From Alphaproteobacteria bacterium (lineage in GTDB: Bacteria > Myxococcota_A > UBA796 > SXON01), in contig JBEIQZ010000002.1 of assembly GCA_040376255.1 (NCBI GenBank), forward strand, positions 1 to 49,481: 49,481 nt of DNA, written 5' to 3'. Of the stretch, positions 31,581 through 41,416 are shown piece by piece. Position numbers and translations under genes: made by a program. Numbering within the stretch: position 1 is the first letter of the stretch; every line of letters starts with the position of its first letter. Under the pieces are notes generated by a model that searched no databases, was not told where the DNA came from, and worked only from the letters and a program-made list of their open reading frames with translations.

Positions 31581-34154
31581 TCACCCGACGCCGGGGTCTG
31601 CTCCCTCGGCCTCCTCCCCCTCGTCGCCGTCGTCCAGCAGCCCCTCAGGCTCCTCCTCGTTGAGCGGCGCGGAGACCTCCTCACCCTCGATCGCGTCGCC
31701 GCGCTGCTCCTCAGGGATGCGCGTCACGCTCACCACCCGCTCCCCTTCTTCGAGGCGCATCAGGCGGACGCCTTTGGTATTGCGTGCCGTGATCCGAACA
31801 TCCTTGACGCCCATGCGGATCAGCCGCCCGGTGTCGGTGATCAGCAGCACCTGGTCCTCGTCCCCGATCACCTCGCAGCCGACGACGGTGCCGTTTCCAC
31901 CGCGCGCCGTGGTCTGGATGTCGTAGACCCCCTTGGTGTTACGGCTGCGCGACGGGTACTCCGCCAGTCGCGTCCGCTTCCCGTAGCCCTGCGAGGTCAC
32001 GGTGAGGAACAGCGACTCTGGATCATCGGGAAGGATCGTCATCGACACTACCTCATCCCCCTCCTCCAGATCGATACCATGCACCCCGCGCGCGGCGCGT
32101 CCCATCGTGCGGACCTCCTCGCCGCTGAAGCGGGTCGAGATCCCGCTGCGCGTCGTCAGCATCACATCGTCGGACGCCATCGCCGGGAGGACGACCAGCA
32201 GCGCGTCTCCCTCCATCACATCACAGGCCTCCTTGCCAGCGACATAGATGCTCCCGAACTCCCGGATCTTCGTGCGCTTGATGATCCCACGCCGCGTGCA
32301 GAACGCAAAATCCTCCGCACCGCCCTCCACGGTCAGCCCCGCCTCTCCCTGCCGCACCGGCGCCACGCTCGCCACCTTCTCCTCGCCGAGCTGCATCAGG
32401 TTCACCAGCGGGCGCCCGCGCGCCGCCGGACCCGCCTCAGGCACCTCCAGCACCGGCAGCCGGTAGACCCGCCCCTTGTCGGTAAAGCAGAGCAGCGCCG
32501 AGTGGGTGCTGGCGATGAACATCGACGACACAAAATCCCCGTCGCGCGCCGTCATCCCGGTGCGGCCCTGCCCGCCGCGCCGCTGCGTGCGGTAGTCGCT
32601 GAGCGAGGTGCGCTTGATGTAGCCGCTGTGGGAGAGCGTCACGACCTGATCCTCCTCCGCGATCAGGTCATGCAGCGTCAGCGAACCCTCGTCGTTGACG
32701 ATCCGCGTGCGGCGGTTGTCCTTGAACTGGTCGCGCACCGCTGTCAGCTCGTCGCGGATGACGGCCCGCATCGTCTCCTCGGAGGTGAGGATCTTCGTGT
32801 ACCACTCCATCAGCCGCAGCAGCTCCTCGTACTCCTGCTCCACCTTGTCCCGCTCCAGCCCGGTCAGGCGCTGGAGCCGCATGTCGAGGATCGCCTGCGC
32901 CTGGAGCGCGCTGAGGCCGAACTCCGCCTGGAGGCGGGCGCGGGCGAGATCGGTGGTCTGGGAGGAGCGGATGGCGTGGATCACCGCGTCGATGGCGTCG
33001 AGCGCGATCCGCAGCCCTTCGAGGATGTGCGCGCGCTCCTGGGCCTTCCGCAGCTCAAAGCGCGTGCGCCGCAGCAGCACCTCGCGCCGGTGGCCGAGGT
33101 AGTACTCCAGCACCTGCTTCAGGTTCAGCACCTGCGGGCGCTGGTTCACGATGGCCAGCAGGTTCACGCCGAAGGTGTTCTGCAGATCGGTGTGCTTGAA
33201 CAGGTTGTTCAGCGTCACCTCCTTCACCGCGTCCTTCTTCAGCTCGATCACCACCCGCATCCCGTCGCGGTCGCTCTCGTCGCGCACCGTGTGGATGCCC
33301 TCCAGCCGCTTCTCCTTGACAAGATCGACGATCTGCTCCTGGAACCGGGCCTTGTTGACCTGGTAGGGCAGCTCCGTCACCACGATGGCCTCGCGCCCCT
33401 CGATCTCCTCAAAGGTCGTGTGGCCGCGCACCATGATGCGCCCGCGACCAGTGTGGTAGGCCTCGAAGATCCCCTCGCGCCCGTAGATCGTCCCGGCGGT
33501 CGGGAAGTCCGGCCCCTGGATGATCCGCATCAGCCCCTTGATGGTGATCTCCGGATCGTGGATGAGCGCCAGCACCCCGTCGATCACCTCGGACATGTTG
33601 TGCGGCGGGATCTTCGTCGCCATGCCGACCGCGATCCCCTCCGCCCCGTTCACCAGCAGGTTCGGGAACGCCACAGGCAGCACCTCCGGCTCCTCAGTCG
33701 AGCCGTCATAGTTGGGGACGAAGTTCACCGTCTCCTTGTCGATGTCGACAAGCAATTGTTCGGCCACCCGCGTCATCCGGCACTCGGTGTACCGGTAAGC
33801 CGCTGCGTTGTCCCCGTCGACGCTGCCGAAGTTCCCCTGACCGTCCACCAGCAGATAGCGCATGTTCCACGGCTGAGCCATGCGGACCAGCGTGTCGTAC
33901 ACCGCCATGTCGCCGTGCGGGTGGTACTTCTTCAGCACCTCCCCGACCACGCCCGCGCACTTGCTGTACCGGTGCGACGCCTTCAACCCCTCCTTCCACA
34001 TCGCGTAGAGGATGCGCCGGTGCACCGGCTTCAGCCCGTCCCGCACGTCCGGCAAGGCGCGACCGATGATCACCGACATCGAATAGTCCAGGTAGGCCGA
34101 ACTCAGCTCCTTGTCGAGTTGAACCGGCACCAGCAGGCGGGCGATCTGATCCAT
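31581..34154 (-). CDS. gyrA: DNA gyrase subunit A
   Basis: [30 protein letters not shown] (catalytic Tyr), GyrA-box QRRGGQG, beta-pinwheel repeats and acidic tail. Confidence 0.97.
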   Translation of the reverse strand: MDQIARLLVPVQLDKELSSAYLDYSMSVIIGRALPDVRDGLKPVHRRILYAMWKEGLKASHRYSKCAGVVGEVLKKYHPHGDMAVYDTLVRMAQPWNMRYLLVDGQGNFGSVDGDNAAAYRYTECRMTRVAEQLLVDIDKETVNFVPNYDGSTEEPEVLPVAFPNLLVNGAEGIAVGMATKIPPHNMSEVIDGVLALIHDPEITIKGLMRIIQGPDFPTAGTIYGREGIFEAYHTGRGRIMVRGHTTFEEIEGREAIVVTELPYQVNKARFQEQIVDLVKEKRLEGIHTVRDESDRDGMRVVIELKKDAVKEVTLNNLFKHTDLQNTFGVNLLAIVNQRPQVLNLKQVLEYYLGHRREVLLRRTRFELRKAQERAHILEGLRIALDAIDAVIHAIRSSQTTDLARARLQAEFGLSALQAQAILDMRLQRLTGLERDKVEQEYEELLRLMEWYTKILTSEETMRAVIRDELTAVRDQFKDNRRTRIVNDEGSLTLHDLIAEEDQVVTLSHSGYIKRTSLSDYRTQRRGGQGRTGMTARDGDFVSSMFIASTHSALLCFTDKGRVYRLPVLEVPEAGPAARGRPLVNLMQLGEEKVASVAPVRQGEAGLTVEGGAEDFAFCTRRGIIKRTKIREFGSIYVAGKEACDVMEGDALLVVLPAMASDDVMLTTRSGISTRFSGEEVRTMGRAARGVHGIDLEEGDEVVSMTILPDDPESLFLTVTSQGYGKRTRLAEYPSRSRNTKGVYDIQTTARGGNGTVVGCEVIGDEDQVLLITDTGRLIRMGVKDVRITARNTKGVRLMRLEEGERVVSVTRIPEEQRGDAIEGEEVSAPLNEEEPEGLLDDGDEGEEAEGADPGVG

Positions 34155-34317
34155 GTCGTTCTCTGATCCTCTCTCTCCCTCCCCCTTATCCCCTCTGCCC
34201 GCCCATTCCCACCTTTATCCAGCGCGCTGTTTCTACATCCGCCAAAATCTGTCCGCGTAATTGACTGGATATTCAGCAATCCCCCCGCTCCCTGCGCCGC
34301 CCTTTTCTGTACCCCCC

Positions 34318-34346
34318 CTTGACCGCGCGCCGCTCCGTTCCTATCC
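34318..34346 (+). promoter_or_regulatory. Candidate RpoH (sigma32)-type promoter of htpG
   Basis: CTTGAC-N16-CCTATC about 45 nt upstream of the htpG ATG, similar to the CTTGAA-N15/16-CC(C/T)AT consensus. Confidence 0.4.
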
Positions 34347-34391
34347 ACACCGGCGCATGCCGCTACCGGCACACCCACCTGTGGAGCCAAC

Positions 34392-36284
34392 ATGGCCGAA
34401 ACACTCTCCTTTCAGGCCGAGGTCCAGCAGCTCCTGGATCTCGTCGTCCACTCCCTTTACTCCGACCGCGAGATCTTCCTCCGCGAGCTGATCTCCAACG
34501 CCTCCGACGCCCTCGACCGCGCCCGGTTCCTCGGCCTCTCCCGCTCCGATCTGCGGGCCGCCGAGGGCGAGCCCTCGATCCGGATCTCCTTCTCCAAGGA
34601 GCGCGGCACCATGACGATCTCCGACAACGGCGTGGGCCTCTCCCGCCAGGAGGCCATCGACCACCTCGGCACGATCGCGCGCTCGGGCACCAAGGCGTTC
34701 TCGAAGATGCTGCAGGCCAAGGGCGAGAGCGCTGAGGGGCTGATCGGTCAGTTCGGCGTCGGCTTCTACGCCAGCTTCATGGTCGCCCACCGCGTCGAGG
34801 TCCACTCCCTCTCCGCTGAGCCTGACGCCGAGGCGATCCGCTGGACCTCTGAGGGCACCGGCACCTTCGAGATCGAGCCGGGCGCCCGCGCCACGCGCGG
34901 CACGGACGTCGTGCTGCACCTGCGCGCTGAGACGCAGGAGTTCGCCGACACCTACCGCATCAAGGAGATCGTCGAGAAGCACTCCGACTTCGTGCAGTAC
35001 CCGATCCTGCTGAAGAAGCCCGGCTCAGACGGCGAGGCGGACAGCGAGGAGCGCCTCAACCAGTCCTCGGCCCTGTGGACCCGCGCCCCGCGCGAGGTCA
35101 AGGATGAGGAGTACATCGCCTTCTACAAGCACGCATGCAACGACTGGAAGGCCCCGGCCGCCTGGGTCCACCTGCGCGCTGAGGCCCCGCTCGAATTTCA
35201 GTCGATCCTGTACGTCCCCACCGAGCGCCCCTACGACCTCGACCACCCGGACGTCAAGCGCGGGCTGAAGCTCTACCAGCGCCGCATCATGATCCTCGAA
35301 CACGCTGAGGCCTTCCTCCCGCGCTACCTGCGCTTCCTGCGCGGCGTCGTCGACGCGCCCGAGGTCTCGCTCAACGTCAGCCGCGAGATCCTCCAGAACA
35401 CCCCGATCATTCAGGCGATCAAGAAGCAGCTCGTCAAGCGCGCCATCCGCCGCCTGACCGAGCTCTCCCGCGAGGATCTGGCTGAGGGCCAGGCCGCCCA
35501 GGATCACCCCTGGCTGAAGGTCTGGGACAACTTCGGCACCACCCTCAAGGAGGGGCTGGCCGAGGACGGCGACAACAAGGACAACCTGCTCCCGCTGCTC
35601 CGCTTCCGCACCACGCTGGACGAGGGCCAGGGCGAGGGCAAGGGCTGGCGCTCGCTCGCGGAGATCAAGCAGGGCATGAAGGAGGGCCAGGACTCCCTGT
35701 GGTACCTGACCGGCCTCGATCTGGAGAAGATGAAGGCCAACCCCCAGCTTGAGCGGTTCCGCAAGAAGGGCTGGGAGGTCATCCTGCTCTCCGATCCGGT
35801 GGACGAGTGGGTGGTGATGAACCTCCCCTCCTTCGAGACCGTCCCGCTGAAGTCCATCGCGCGCGGCGAGTTCAAGGACGAGAGCCCCGTCGCCGAGGAG
35901 GCCCGCAAGCAGGCCGAGCCGTTCGTGGACTGGCTGAAGGGGCTGCTCCAGGGGCAGGTCTCCGACGTGCGGGCCAGCGGGCGCCTCACCGACTCCCCCG
36001 CCGTGCTTGTCGACGGGGAGGACGGCGTCTCCGCCAACATGGAGCGCATCCTGCGCGCCGCCCGCCAGGACGTCGCGCGCTCCAAGCGCATCCTGGAGAT
36101 CAACCCTGAGCACCCGCTGGTGCGGAAGCTCGTCGGCCTCCAGAACACCGGCTCCACCGCGCAGGCCGAGCCGGTCGCGCGCCTGCTGCTCGACTACGCC
36201 CGCATCGCTGAGGGCCACCTGGAGGACACCGCAGGCTTCACCCAGCGGCTCCAGGCGCTGATGCTCCAGGCCAGCGGGGCGTAG
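34392..36284 (+). CDS. htpG: Molecular chaperone HtpG (Hsp90)
   Basis: FQAEVQQLL, SLYSDREIFLRELISNASDA, LGTIARSGT, IGQFGVGFY, LNVSREILQ, LEINPEHP. Confidence 0.98.
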   Translation: MAETLSFQAEVQQLLDLVVHSLYSDREIFLRELISNASDALDRARFLGLSRSDLRAAEGEPSIRISFSKERGTMTISDNGVGLSRQEAIDHLGTIARSGTKAFSKMLQAKGESAEGLIGQFGVGFYASFMVAHRVEVHSLSAEPDAEAIRWTSEGTGTFEIEPGARATRGTDVVLHLRAETQEFADTYRIKEIVEKHSDFVQYPILLKKPGSDGEADSEERLNQSSALWTRAPREVKDEEYIAFYKHACNDWKAPAAWVHLRAEAPLEFQSILYVPTERPYDLDHPDVKRGLKLYQRRIMILEHAEAFLPRYLRFLRGVVDAPEVSLNVSREILQNTPIIQAIKKQLVKRAIRRLTELSREDLAEGQAAQDHPWLKVWDNFGTTLKEGLAEDGDNKDNLLPLLRFRTTLDEGQGEGKGWRSLAEIKQGMKEGQDSLWYLTGLDLEKMKANPQLERFRKKGWEVILLSDPVDEWVVMNLPSFETVPLKSIARGEFKDESPVAEEARKQAEPFVDWLKGLLQGQVSDVRASGRLTDSPAVLVDGEDGVSANMERILRAARQDVARSKRILEINPEHPLVRKLVGLQNTGSTAQAEPVARLLLDYARIAEGHLEDTAGFTQRLQALMLQASGA

Positions 36285-36424
36285 CCGCCCCCGATCCGCC
36301 GCTGTGGCGGGAAGGATCGGGCCAGAGGGAGGGTTCCGGAGGGGGCAGTCACACCTGCCCTCTTCGCAATTCTGCGCAGACGTGGTAGAACCGCGCTCTC
36401 CCTCTCCCCTCTGCTGAGGAACCG

Positions 36425-37465
36425 ATGCACTTCCGGCACCTGCTCCTGATCCCCCTCCTCGCCGTCTTCACCCTGATCGTCTGGCCCGTTCAGGCCGGGA
36501 CGGTAACCCCCACCTGGATATTGAAGCTCGCCTCTGCCGCGCCGGAGGGGACGCCCTGGGCCGACGGGCTGATGGACTTCAAGAAGCAGGTCGAGGCGGA
36601 CACCGGCTACCGCGTCGAGGTGCGGGTGTTCCTCAACAGCAACCTCGGTGACGAGAACGACACCGTCCAGCAGTGCCTCCGGGGCCAGATCCAGGGCGTC
36701 GGTGCCTCCACCGGGGCGCTCGCCTCGGCGGTGCCGGAGATGAACGTGCTGGAGCTGCCCTACCTGTTCAACAGCGCGAAGGAGGCGGACAACATCCTCG
36801 ACACGAAGATCTGGACGGCCTCGGACGGCTACTTCCGCAGCAAGGGCCTGATCCTCGGCTTCTGGTCTGAGAACGGCTTCCGCTCCTTCGGCACCAAGTT
36901 CGGCCCTGTCCACAGCGTCGCCGACCTGAAGGGCCGCAAGATGCGCTCGCAGGAGAGCCCGTCTCATATCGCCATGTGGAACGCCTTCGGCGCCACCCCG
37001 ATGCCGATGCCGGTGACCGAGGTGCTGACCTCGCTCCAGACCGGCGTGGTCGACGGCTACGACAACAGCCCGCTGTTCGCCTTCGCCGGCCAGTGGGTCA
37101 GCGCGACGAAGTACTACACGCTCAGCCGCCACAGCTACCAGCCCGCCGCCATCGTCTTCAACAAGGCGTGGTTCGACGCGCTGCCCGCCGATGTGCAGGG
37201 CGCCATCCTGAAGTCGAAGAGCAACGGCCTCGCCCAGCGCATCCGCGACGAGATCCGCCTGATGGAGCCCGACCTGCTCGCCAACTTCACCGCGATGAAG
37301 ATCCAGGTCTATACGCCCACTGTTGCCGAGATCGACGCCTTCAAGGCCGTCGCCGCGCCCGCCCGCGCCGCCTACATCAGCGGCAAGGCCAGCGCCGGAG
37401 AGAAGGCGCTCTACGCCCAGATCGAGGCGGGGCTGAAGACCTACCGCGCCAGCGGCGGCAAGTAG
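36425..37465 (+). CDS. dctP: TRAP transporter substrate-binding protein
   Basis: Signal peptide; LELPYLF, ENGFR, DLKGRKMR, FGATPMPM...EVLTSLQTGVVDG. Confidence 0.93.
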   Translation: MHFRHLLLIPLLAVFTLIVWPVQAGTVTPTWILKLASAAPEGTPWADGLMDFKKQVEADTGYRVEVRVFLNSNLGDENDTVQQCLRGQIQGVGASTGALASAVPEMNVLELPYLFNSAKEADNILDTKIWTASDGYFRSKGLILGFWSENGFRSFGTKFGPVHSVADLKGRKMRSQESPSHIAMWNAFGATPMPMPVTEVLTSLQTGVVDGYDNSPLFAFAGQWVSATKYYTLSRHSYQPAAIVFNKAWFDALPADVQGAILKSKSNGLAQRIRDEIRLMEPDLLANFTAMKIQVYTPTVAEIDAFKAVAAPARAAYISGKASAGEKALYAQIEAGLKTYRASGGK

Positions 37466-37467
37466 CC

Positions 37468-38259
37468 ATGGGGCTGCCCGGTCGCATCAACGAGGCGCTG
37501 GTGCAGGTTGAACGGGCGGCTGTCTGGATCATCCTGGCGCTCATGGGTGTCACCATGTTCCTGGCCGTCGCCCACCGCCCCGCCATCGCGATGATCAACC
37601 CGCGATCCGCGCCGGAGCTTTTCCTCTCAGCCTTCGGCGAGGAGGCGTGGGTGAGCTGGGGCGGGATGCTCGGCATGTTCCTTGTCGCCTCGTCCGTGGC
37701 GGTGCTGGCGCTCAGGACGCGCGGGAGCGCGCAGGCGATCCCCTTCGGGCTGGGGATCGGGGCCGGGATCACGGTGTTTGAGCGGATCTTCGTCTCGCTG
37801 TTCCCCAACGGGATCGTGCAGGCTCAGCCCATCGCGCTCTCCCTGCTGCTCTGGCTCTCGCTGCTCGGCGCCTCGCTGGCCGCCTACGACCGGCGGCACC
37901 TCTCGGTGGACTTCGGCAGCAAGCTCTGGCCGGAGGCGATGCGCCCGAAGGTGGCGGCGGTCAGCCAGATCGTGACAGCGGCGTTCTGTCTGGTGCTGTG
38001 CTGGCTGGGGGTGCGGTCGACGGGCGATCAATTCCGGATGTGGGTGGACAGCGACGGGGCGGCGGCGGTGCTGTCGGGGACGGCGATCCCGCGCTGGTTC
38101 GCGGTGTCGGCGATCCCCTACGGGATGCTGGCGCTCGCGTTCCGGTTCTCGCTGGAGGCGGTCAAGGCGTGGCGCAACGATCTGGAGGATGTCGATGAGC
38201 TGCACATCCTCGGCATAAAGGCTGATGCCGCAGCAGCTACCGGCGGGGGTGAGGCATGA
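37468..38259 (+). CDS. dctQ: TRAP transporter small permease, with two extra TMs
   Basis: ATG 37468 (inside ORF 36976..38259); LWLSLLGASLAAYDRRHLSVD DctQ motif. Confidence 0.88.
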   Translation: MGLPGRINEALVQVERAAVWIILALMGVTMFLAVAHRPAIAMINPRSAPELFLSAFGEEAWVSWGGMLGMFLVASSVAVLALRTRGSAQAIPFGLGIGAGITVFERIFVSLFPNGIVQAQPIALSLLLWLSLLGASLAAYDRRHLSVDFGSKLWPEAMRPKVAAVSQIVTAAFCLVLCWLGVRSTGDQFRMWVDSDGAAAVLSGTAIPRWFAVSAIPYGMLALAFRFSLEAVKAWRNDLEDVDELHILGIKADAAAATGGGEA

Positions 38260-39920
38260 GCGGGCTGATCTTCTTCGCCGCGCTGGCCGCGCTGCTCGCG
38301 CTCGGCCCCCGGCTGTTCGTCGTGGTCGGCGTCGCCACCACGCTCTCCTTCCTGCTGTTCACCGACTATGACAGCTCGCTGATCCAGCTCGACCGCATCG
38401 TCACCAAGATGGAGAGCCTGACCGGGAAGAACGTCTTTTTATCGGTGCCGTTCTTCATCGCCGCCGGCTCGATCATGACGCGCGGCGGCATCGCCACCCG
38501 GCTGACCGCGCTGGCGAGCGCCGGGGTCGGCTTCCTGCCGGGCGGGCTGGCTGTGGCGTCGATCCTCGCCTGCATCGTTTTTGCTGCGATCTCCGGCTCC
38601 TCGCCGGTCACGCTGGTCGCCGTCGGCGCGGTCATGTACCCGGCCCTCGTCCGATCAGGCTACCCCAGCCGCTTCTCCATCGGCATCCTGACCTCGGCGG
38701 GCAGCCTCGGCTGCATGATCCCGCCCGCGATCACGATGCTGATCTACTCGATCTGCGTCGACGCCTCGACGGCCCGCGTCAACCCCTCCGATCTGTTCTT
38801 CGCCGGGCTGCTGCCCGCGCTGTTCATCGCCGGTCTGCTCGCGCTCTACTCGATCTGGGTCGGGCTGTCGGTGCCGGGCTCCCGATCCCCGTTCGACGGA
38901 GCGGCGCTCAGCCGGGCGGCCCGCGAGGCGGCGTGGTCGCTCACCCTCCCGGCGGTGGTGCTGGGCGGGATCTACGGCGGCATCTTCACCCCCACTGAGG
39001 CGGGCGCGGTGGCCTTCGCAGCGGCGCTGCTGATCGCCTGCGTGATCCACCGGGATGTCCCGTGGTCGAAGGTGCCGTCGATCCTCGTCGAGTCCGCCAC
39101 GCTCATCGGCAGCCTCGTGCTGATCGTCATCCTCGCCTTCGGCCTCAACGATTTTCTCGCAGAGATCGACGCAGCGGGCGCGATCCGCACCTGGGTCACC
39201 GACGCCGGGCTCTCAGCGTTCCAGTTCATGCTCGTCGTCAACTTCGTGCTGATCGTGCTGGGCGCGCTCATGGACAGCATCTCGGCCACGCTGGTCTTCG
39301 CTCCCATCCTCGCCCCGGTCGCGATCAACCACTACGGAATCGACCCGATCCACTTCGGCGTCGTCTTTGTTGTCAACATGGAGATCGGCTACCTCGCCCC
39401 GCCCATCGCCACCAACCTGTTCGTCGCCTCCGCCATCTTCCGCCAGCCCTTCTCGGAGGTGGTCAAGTCGATCTTCCCGACACTCTCGATCATCTGCGGG
39501 GCGCTGTTCGTGCTGATGTACATGCCCGTCTTCTCGACCGGCCCGCTCAACCTGCGCGAGGGCCGCGCGGTCTACACCTCCTTCCCCTGGGACGGCAAGC
39601 CCGCCCCGGAGGCCGCGCCCGGCGAGCCGGCAGGCGATCCCGCCGCAGCGCCCCCCGGCCAGCCGATGACGATGGAGGAGATGAAGCAGCGCGCCCGCGC
39701 CCGCCGGGAGGCGGAGCAGAACGGCGCAGCCCCCCCGGATGGCGCCGCCCCGGACGGCACCGCTCCCGCCGAAGGCCGCGTCCTGACGATGGAGGAGATG
39801 AAGCTCCGCGCCCGCCAGCGCGCCGAGGAGGCCCGCAAGGCTGAGGGGTCTGCTGCTCCAGGGACGCCGGAGGCACCCGCACCGGACGCGCCAGCCACCC
39901 CGGAACAGCCGCCCCGGTGA
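38256..39920 (+). CDS. dctM: TRAP transporter large permease with C-terminal repeat extension
   Basis: SVPFFIAAG, FAAISGSS, GSLGCMIPP, GIFTPTEAG, GIDPIHFG, EIGYLAPP. Confidence 0.93.
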   Translation: MSGLIFFAALAALLALGPRLFVVVGVATTLSFLLFTDYDSSLIQLDRIVTKMESLTGKNVFLSVPFFIAAGSIMTRGGIATRLTALASAGVGFLPGGLAVASILACIVFAAISGSSPVTLVAVGAVMYPALVRSGYPSRFSIGILTSAGSLGCMIPPAITMLIYSICVDASTARVNPSDLFFAGLLPALFIAGLLALYSIWVGLSVPGSRSPFDGAALSRAAREAAWSLTLPAVVLGGIYGGIFTPTEAGAVAFAAALLIACVIHRDVPWSKVPSILVESATLIGSLVLIVILAFGLNDFLAEIDAAGAIRTWVTDAGLSAFQFMLVVNFVLIVLGALMDSISATLVFAPILAPVAINHYGIDPIHFGVVFVVNMEIGYLAPPIATNLFVASAIFRQPFSEVVKSIFPTLSIICGALFVLMYMPVFSTGPLNLREGRAVYTSFPWDGKPAPEAAPGEPAGDPAAAPPGQPMTMEEMKQRARARREAEQNGAAPPDGAAPDGTAPAEGRVLTMEEMKLRARQRAEEARKAEGSAAPGTPEAPAPDAPATPEQPPR

Positions 39921-41416
39921 CAACCTCCGTCCTGCTGATCAACCCGCGCATGTGCTCGCAGGAGACCATGCGGATGCCGCTCACCCTGCTGGCGCTCTCG
40001 GCGGTGCTGGGGGATCGCTACCCCCACCACATGCTCGACGGCAACCTGCTGCCGGATCTGGCGGGGACGGTGGCCTCGCTGCTGGCGTCTGCACCCGGCG
40101 CGGCGGTCGCCGGGATCAGCGTGATGCCCGGCCCGCAGGTGGCGCCCGCCATCGAGGTCAGCCGCCTGATCCGGCGGCTGCGCCCCGACGTCCCGATCGT
40201 CTGGGGCGGCTACTTCCCGAGCATGTACCCGGATTCTGCCGTCAACGCATCCTACGTCGATGTGGCGGTGCGCGGCCCCGGCGAGGACGCGCTGCTGGAA
40301 TTGCTCGCCCTGGCGGAGCGGGGCGGCCTCCGGCCCGGCGCGATGGACACGGCTGCCCTGCAGGGCGTCGCGGGGATCTCCTGGGCGCAGGCGGGCGCGC
40401 CGATCCACACCCCGGCCCGCCCCTTCCGCTCCCCGGACAGCCTGCCCCTGCTCCCCTACGAGCGGCTGCCCGATCTGGGGCGCTGGATGAAGCCGACGTT
40501 CCTCGGCCGGCGCACGGCGTCCTACCAGGCGGCCATCGGCTGCCGCTACCGGTGCGGCTTCTGCGGCGTGGTGTCGGTGTACGGGGGGCAGACCCGGCTG
40601 CAGGGCGTGGATCGCGTGGTGGCGGAGACGCTCCGGCTGAAACACGAGTTCGGCGCGGACGCGCTCCAGTTCTACGACAACAACTTCTTCGACAGCGGGG
40701 ATTCGGCCCTGGCGATGCTGGAGGGGCTGGCGCGGGTGGGGCTGCCGTGGTGGTGCTACGCGCGGGCGGACACGATGGCGAAGTTCCCGGCGCAGACCTG
40801 GGAGAAGGTGCGGCGGAGCGGGATGAAGATGGCCTACATCGGCGCGGAGTCGGCCAGCGACGAGGTGCTGAAGTCGATGAAAAAAGGGAGCCGCGTCGAG
40901 CACACGCTGGAGGTCGCGGCGCGCTGCCGGGAGATCGGGGTGATCCCCGAATTCTCCTTCGTGCTGGGCGGGCCGGAGGACCCGGAGGGCGAGATCGACC
41001 GCACGCTCTCCTTCGTGCGCCGGGTCAAGGCCGCCCACCCGGAGTCCGAGATCATCCTGTACTTCTACAGCCCCACCCCGCAGCGCGACCGCGCCCTCAC
41101 CGGCTACGGACCCGGCGGCCCGCCGCTGCCGACCACCCCGGAGGAGTGGGCGCAGCCGAAGTGGGTCGAGTACGTCTGCCACCAGGACGCGCCCTGGCTG
41201 GCGCCCGAGGTGCGACAGAAGATCCTCGACTTCTCGCGGGTGCTGGCCTGCCGCTTCCCGACCGTGCAGGATCACCGCCTCGGCCCGCGCCGCCGCAGGT
41301 TCCTGCAGGCACTCGCAGGCTGGCGCTACGACCGCGAGTACTACAGCAACGCCTGGGAGCTGGAGACGGCGCGGCGGCTGCTCCGGCTGAAGCGACCGGA
41401 GCGGGAGGGGCTGTAA
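39917..41416 (+). CDS. B12-binding domain radical SAM enzyme (class B methyltransferase-like)
   Basis: GTGA overlap with dctM; PIVWGGYFPS and VRGPGE cobalamin-binding region; CxxxCxxC (GCRYRCGFC); FYDNNFF; IGAES. Confidence 0.92.
   Translation: MTTSVLLINPRMCSQETMRMPLTLLALSAVLGDRYPHHMLDGNLLPDLAGTVASLLASAPGAAVAGISVMPGPQVAPAIEVSRLIRRLRPDVPIVWGGYFPSMYPDSAVNASYVDVAVRGPGEDALLELLALAERGGLRPGAMDTAALQGVAGISWAQAGAPIHTPARPFRSPDSLPLLPYERLPDLGRWMKPTFLGRRTASYQAAIGCRYRCGFCGVVSVYGGQTRLQGVDRVVAETLRLKHEFGADALQFYDNNFFDSGDSALAMLEGLARVGLPWWCYARADTMAKFPAQTWEKVRRSGMKMAYIGAESASDEVLKSMKKGSRVEHTLEVAARCREIGVIPEFSFVLGGPEDPEGEIDRTLSFVRRVKAAHPESEIILYFYSPTPQRDRALTGYGPGGPPLPTTPEEWAQPKWVEYVCHQDAPWLAPEVRQKILDFSRVLACRFPTVQDHRLGPRRRRFLQALAGWRYDREYYSNAWELETARRLLRLKRPEREGL

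Noticed and set aside
34155-34391. CIRCE/HrcA operator upstream of htpG
   Set aside because: No TTAGCACTC-N9-GAGTGCTAA inverted repeat is visible.
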